This document shows, one piece after another, positions 62,831-64,000 of a DNA stretch of 64,000 bases. This DNA is from Macrostomum lignano (Eukaryota), in assembly GCA_002269645.1 (NCBI GenBank), contig NIVC01000262.1, positions 1 to 64,000 on the forward strand, written 5' to 3'. Position 1 is the stretch's first letter. Every line of letters starts with the position of its first letter. Below the pieces are notes generated by a model that ran no database searches, had not been told where the DNA came from, and saw only the letters and a program-made list of their open reading frames with translations. Position numbers and translations under genes: made by a program.

Positions 62831-64000
62831 TACTGTAACGAAAAGGGCTTACCAACCTTAAGCGCCAGAATAGAGTCCAATTAAAGTAAAGCTTTGTCTG
62901 ACACCATGTACTTCACTGCGATGGGCTGTCTCGAAGTTTCTGTAGTCGACTTGTCTGACAAATTTTCCGTTGCAATGAAAGCTAATGCGCCCGCCAGCTC
63001 TAACTCAGAAAGCCACTGTACTCCTACGATATGTACAGCAAAAGTTATAATAAAATGAAATCCAAGGCAAATCCCGTTCAACCCTTAATCCTTTCTCGGC
63101 TGAGGCTTCTTATCTTATAATCTGATCCTGATTTCCTGATATATCAGACTGATTGAAGCCCGATCACCTGCATCGCGATCTTGTTAATTCTCTGATTTCC
63201 TTTTGCTCAGACTCATGCTCAAGCCCTCGGGGAAGACAGATAATCTCTAATCCCAGTGCTCCTGCCGCCCTTCTGTCCATCGCTTCTTCTACTGTCCACT
63301 GTCAACTAAGAGTACAACAGAATGCAGTAAACTATATTTATAGTAATGTCGCGAATTCTTGCAGAGCCTACGATCTACCGAAATCGAGTTAAACAAGCAA
63401 CCGTTCACCTAGATTCACCTGCAAACTATAACTGGCTCTGTTATTACTTAATCCGGTTGATTAACTAACTAATTAATTAAAGTTTGACCCCATTGTGATG
63501 CTAGACTCTCAACCATTATATTATTTTTGTCTTGGACAAAGTTTGCTATCGATACATATCGGTGGCTGGATAAAAAACAATATATTAATATATTAGACAG
63601 TTCAATAAGTGCGTCACCTTAGCTTCATATTTTTATTAAGCTTATCAGCACCATAAATGGAATGATTTTATCTTGTTGCAAGCAGAAGCAGTATCCGTTG
63701 TTTGTATCTATTTTAATCTTCTATTCATTTGTATTTGTACAACATTGGCACTACGTTGCGTTACGCTTGCGTTATTTTCCAATAACTGAAACAACATTAA
63801 GTTGTTATGCTTTGTGTCTTGTTCGCCTTCTAAAGTAGCAATCGTTATCTTAATTATTTTAATTATAGTTTCTCTTATAGTTCGCGCTCTCCAAACTAAT
63901 GCCAATTCCCGGGTGTACATTCGATGTACATTGATTCTAGGAGTTCTCGCGCTGCACTGTAAATGTTTATTGTCCCCCAGTAAGTAGTATGTGTAAAAAT

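Overview
This is eukaryotic (metazoan) genomic DNA with spliced genes; I found no CRISPR array, rRNA gene or intact tRNA. GC-rich exons separated by minisatellite-filled introns suggest an invertebrate, possibly a free-living flatworm such as Macrostomum (inference, not verified). Six genes could be assembled by hand with phase-consistent GT-AG junctions: (1) the 3' part of a DEG/ENaC channel (+, 1-4198); (2) a GnRH/AKH/corazonin-receptor-like GPCR (-, 7078-15419, 4 exons, 443 aa); (3) a divergent pyruvate kinase (+, 17616-25756, 4 exons, 648 aa); (4) cohesin regulator PDS5 (-, 32230-49076, 10 coding exons, about 1356 aa); (5) ZMAT5 (+, 56856-57266); (6) a Cbl E3 ligase in one uninterrupted ORF (+, 60542-62086). 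The rest is more than 20 distinct minisatellites, a decayed Ty3/Gypsy pol fragment, foldback elements, a tRNA-derived SINE, a head-to-tail Helitron-like dimer with a nested hAT element (8-bp TSD), and an AT-rich, CpG-depleted block. Most long ORFs in the supplied track are repeat artefacts. The best leads are the loss of the Mg-binding Glu in the pyruvate kinase, minisatellites that copy or supply splice signals, endocytic motifs in the Cbl tail, a non-canonical ENaC selectivity filter, and a CpG desert flanking a candidate bidirectional promoter. I cannot establish a wholly new system from sequence alone.
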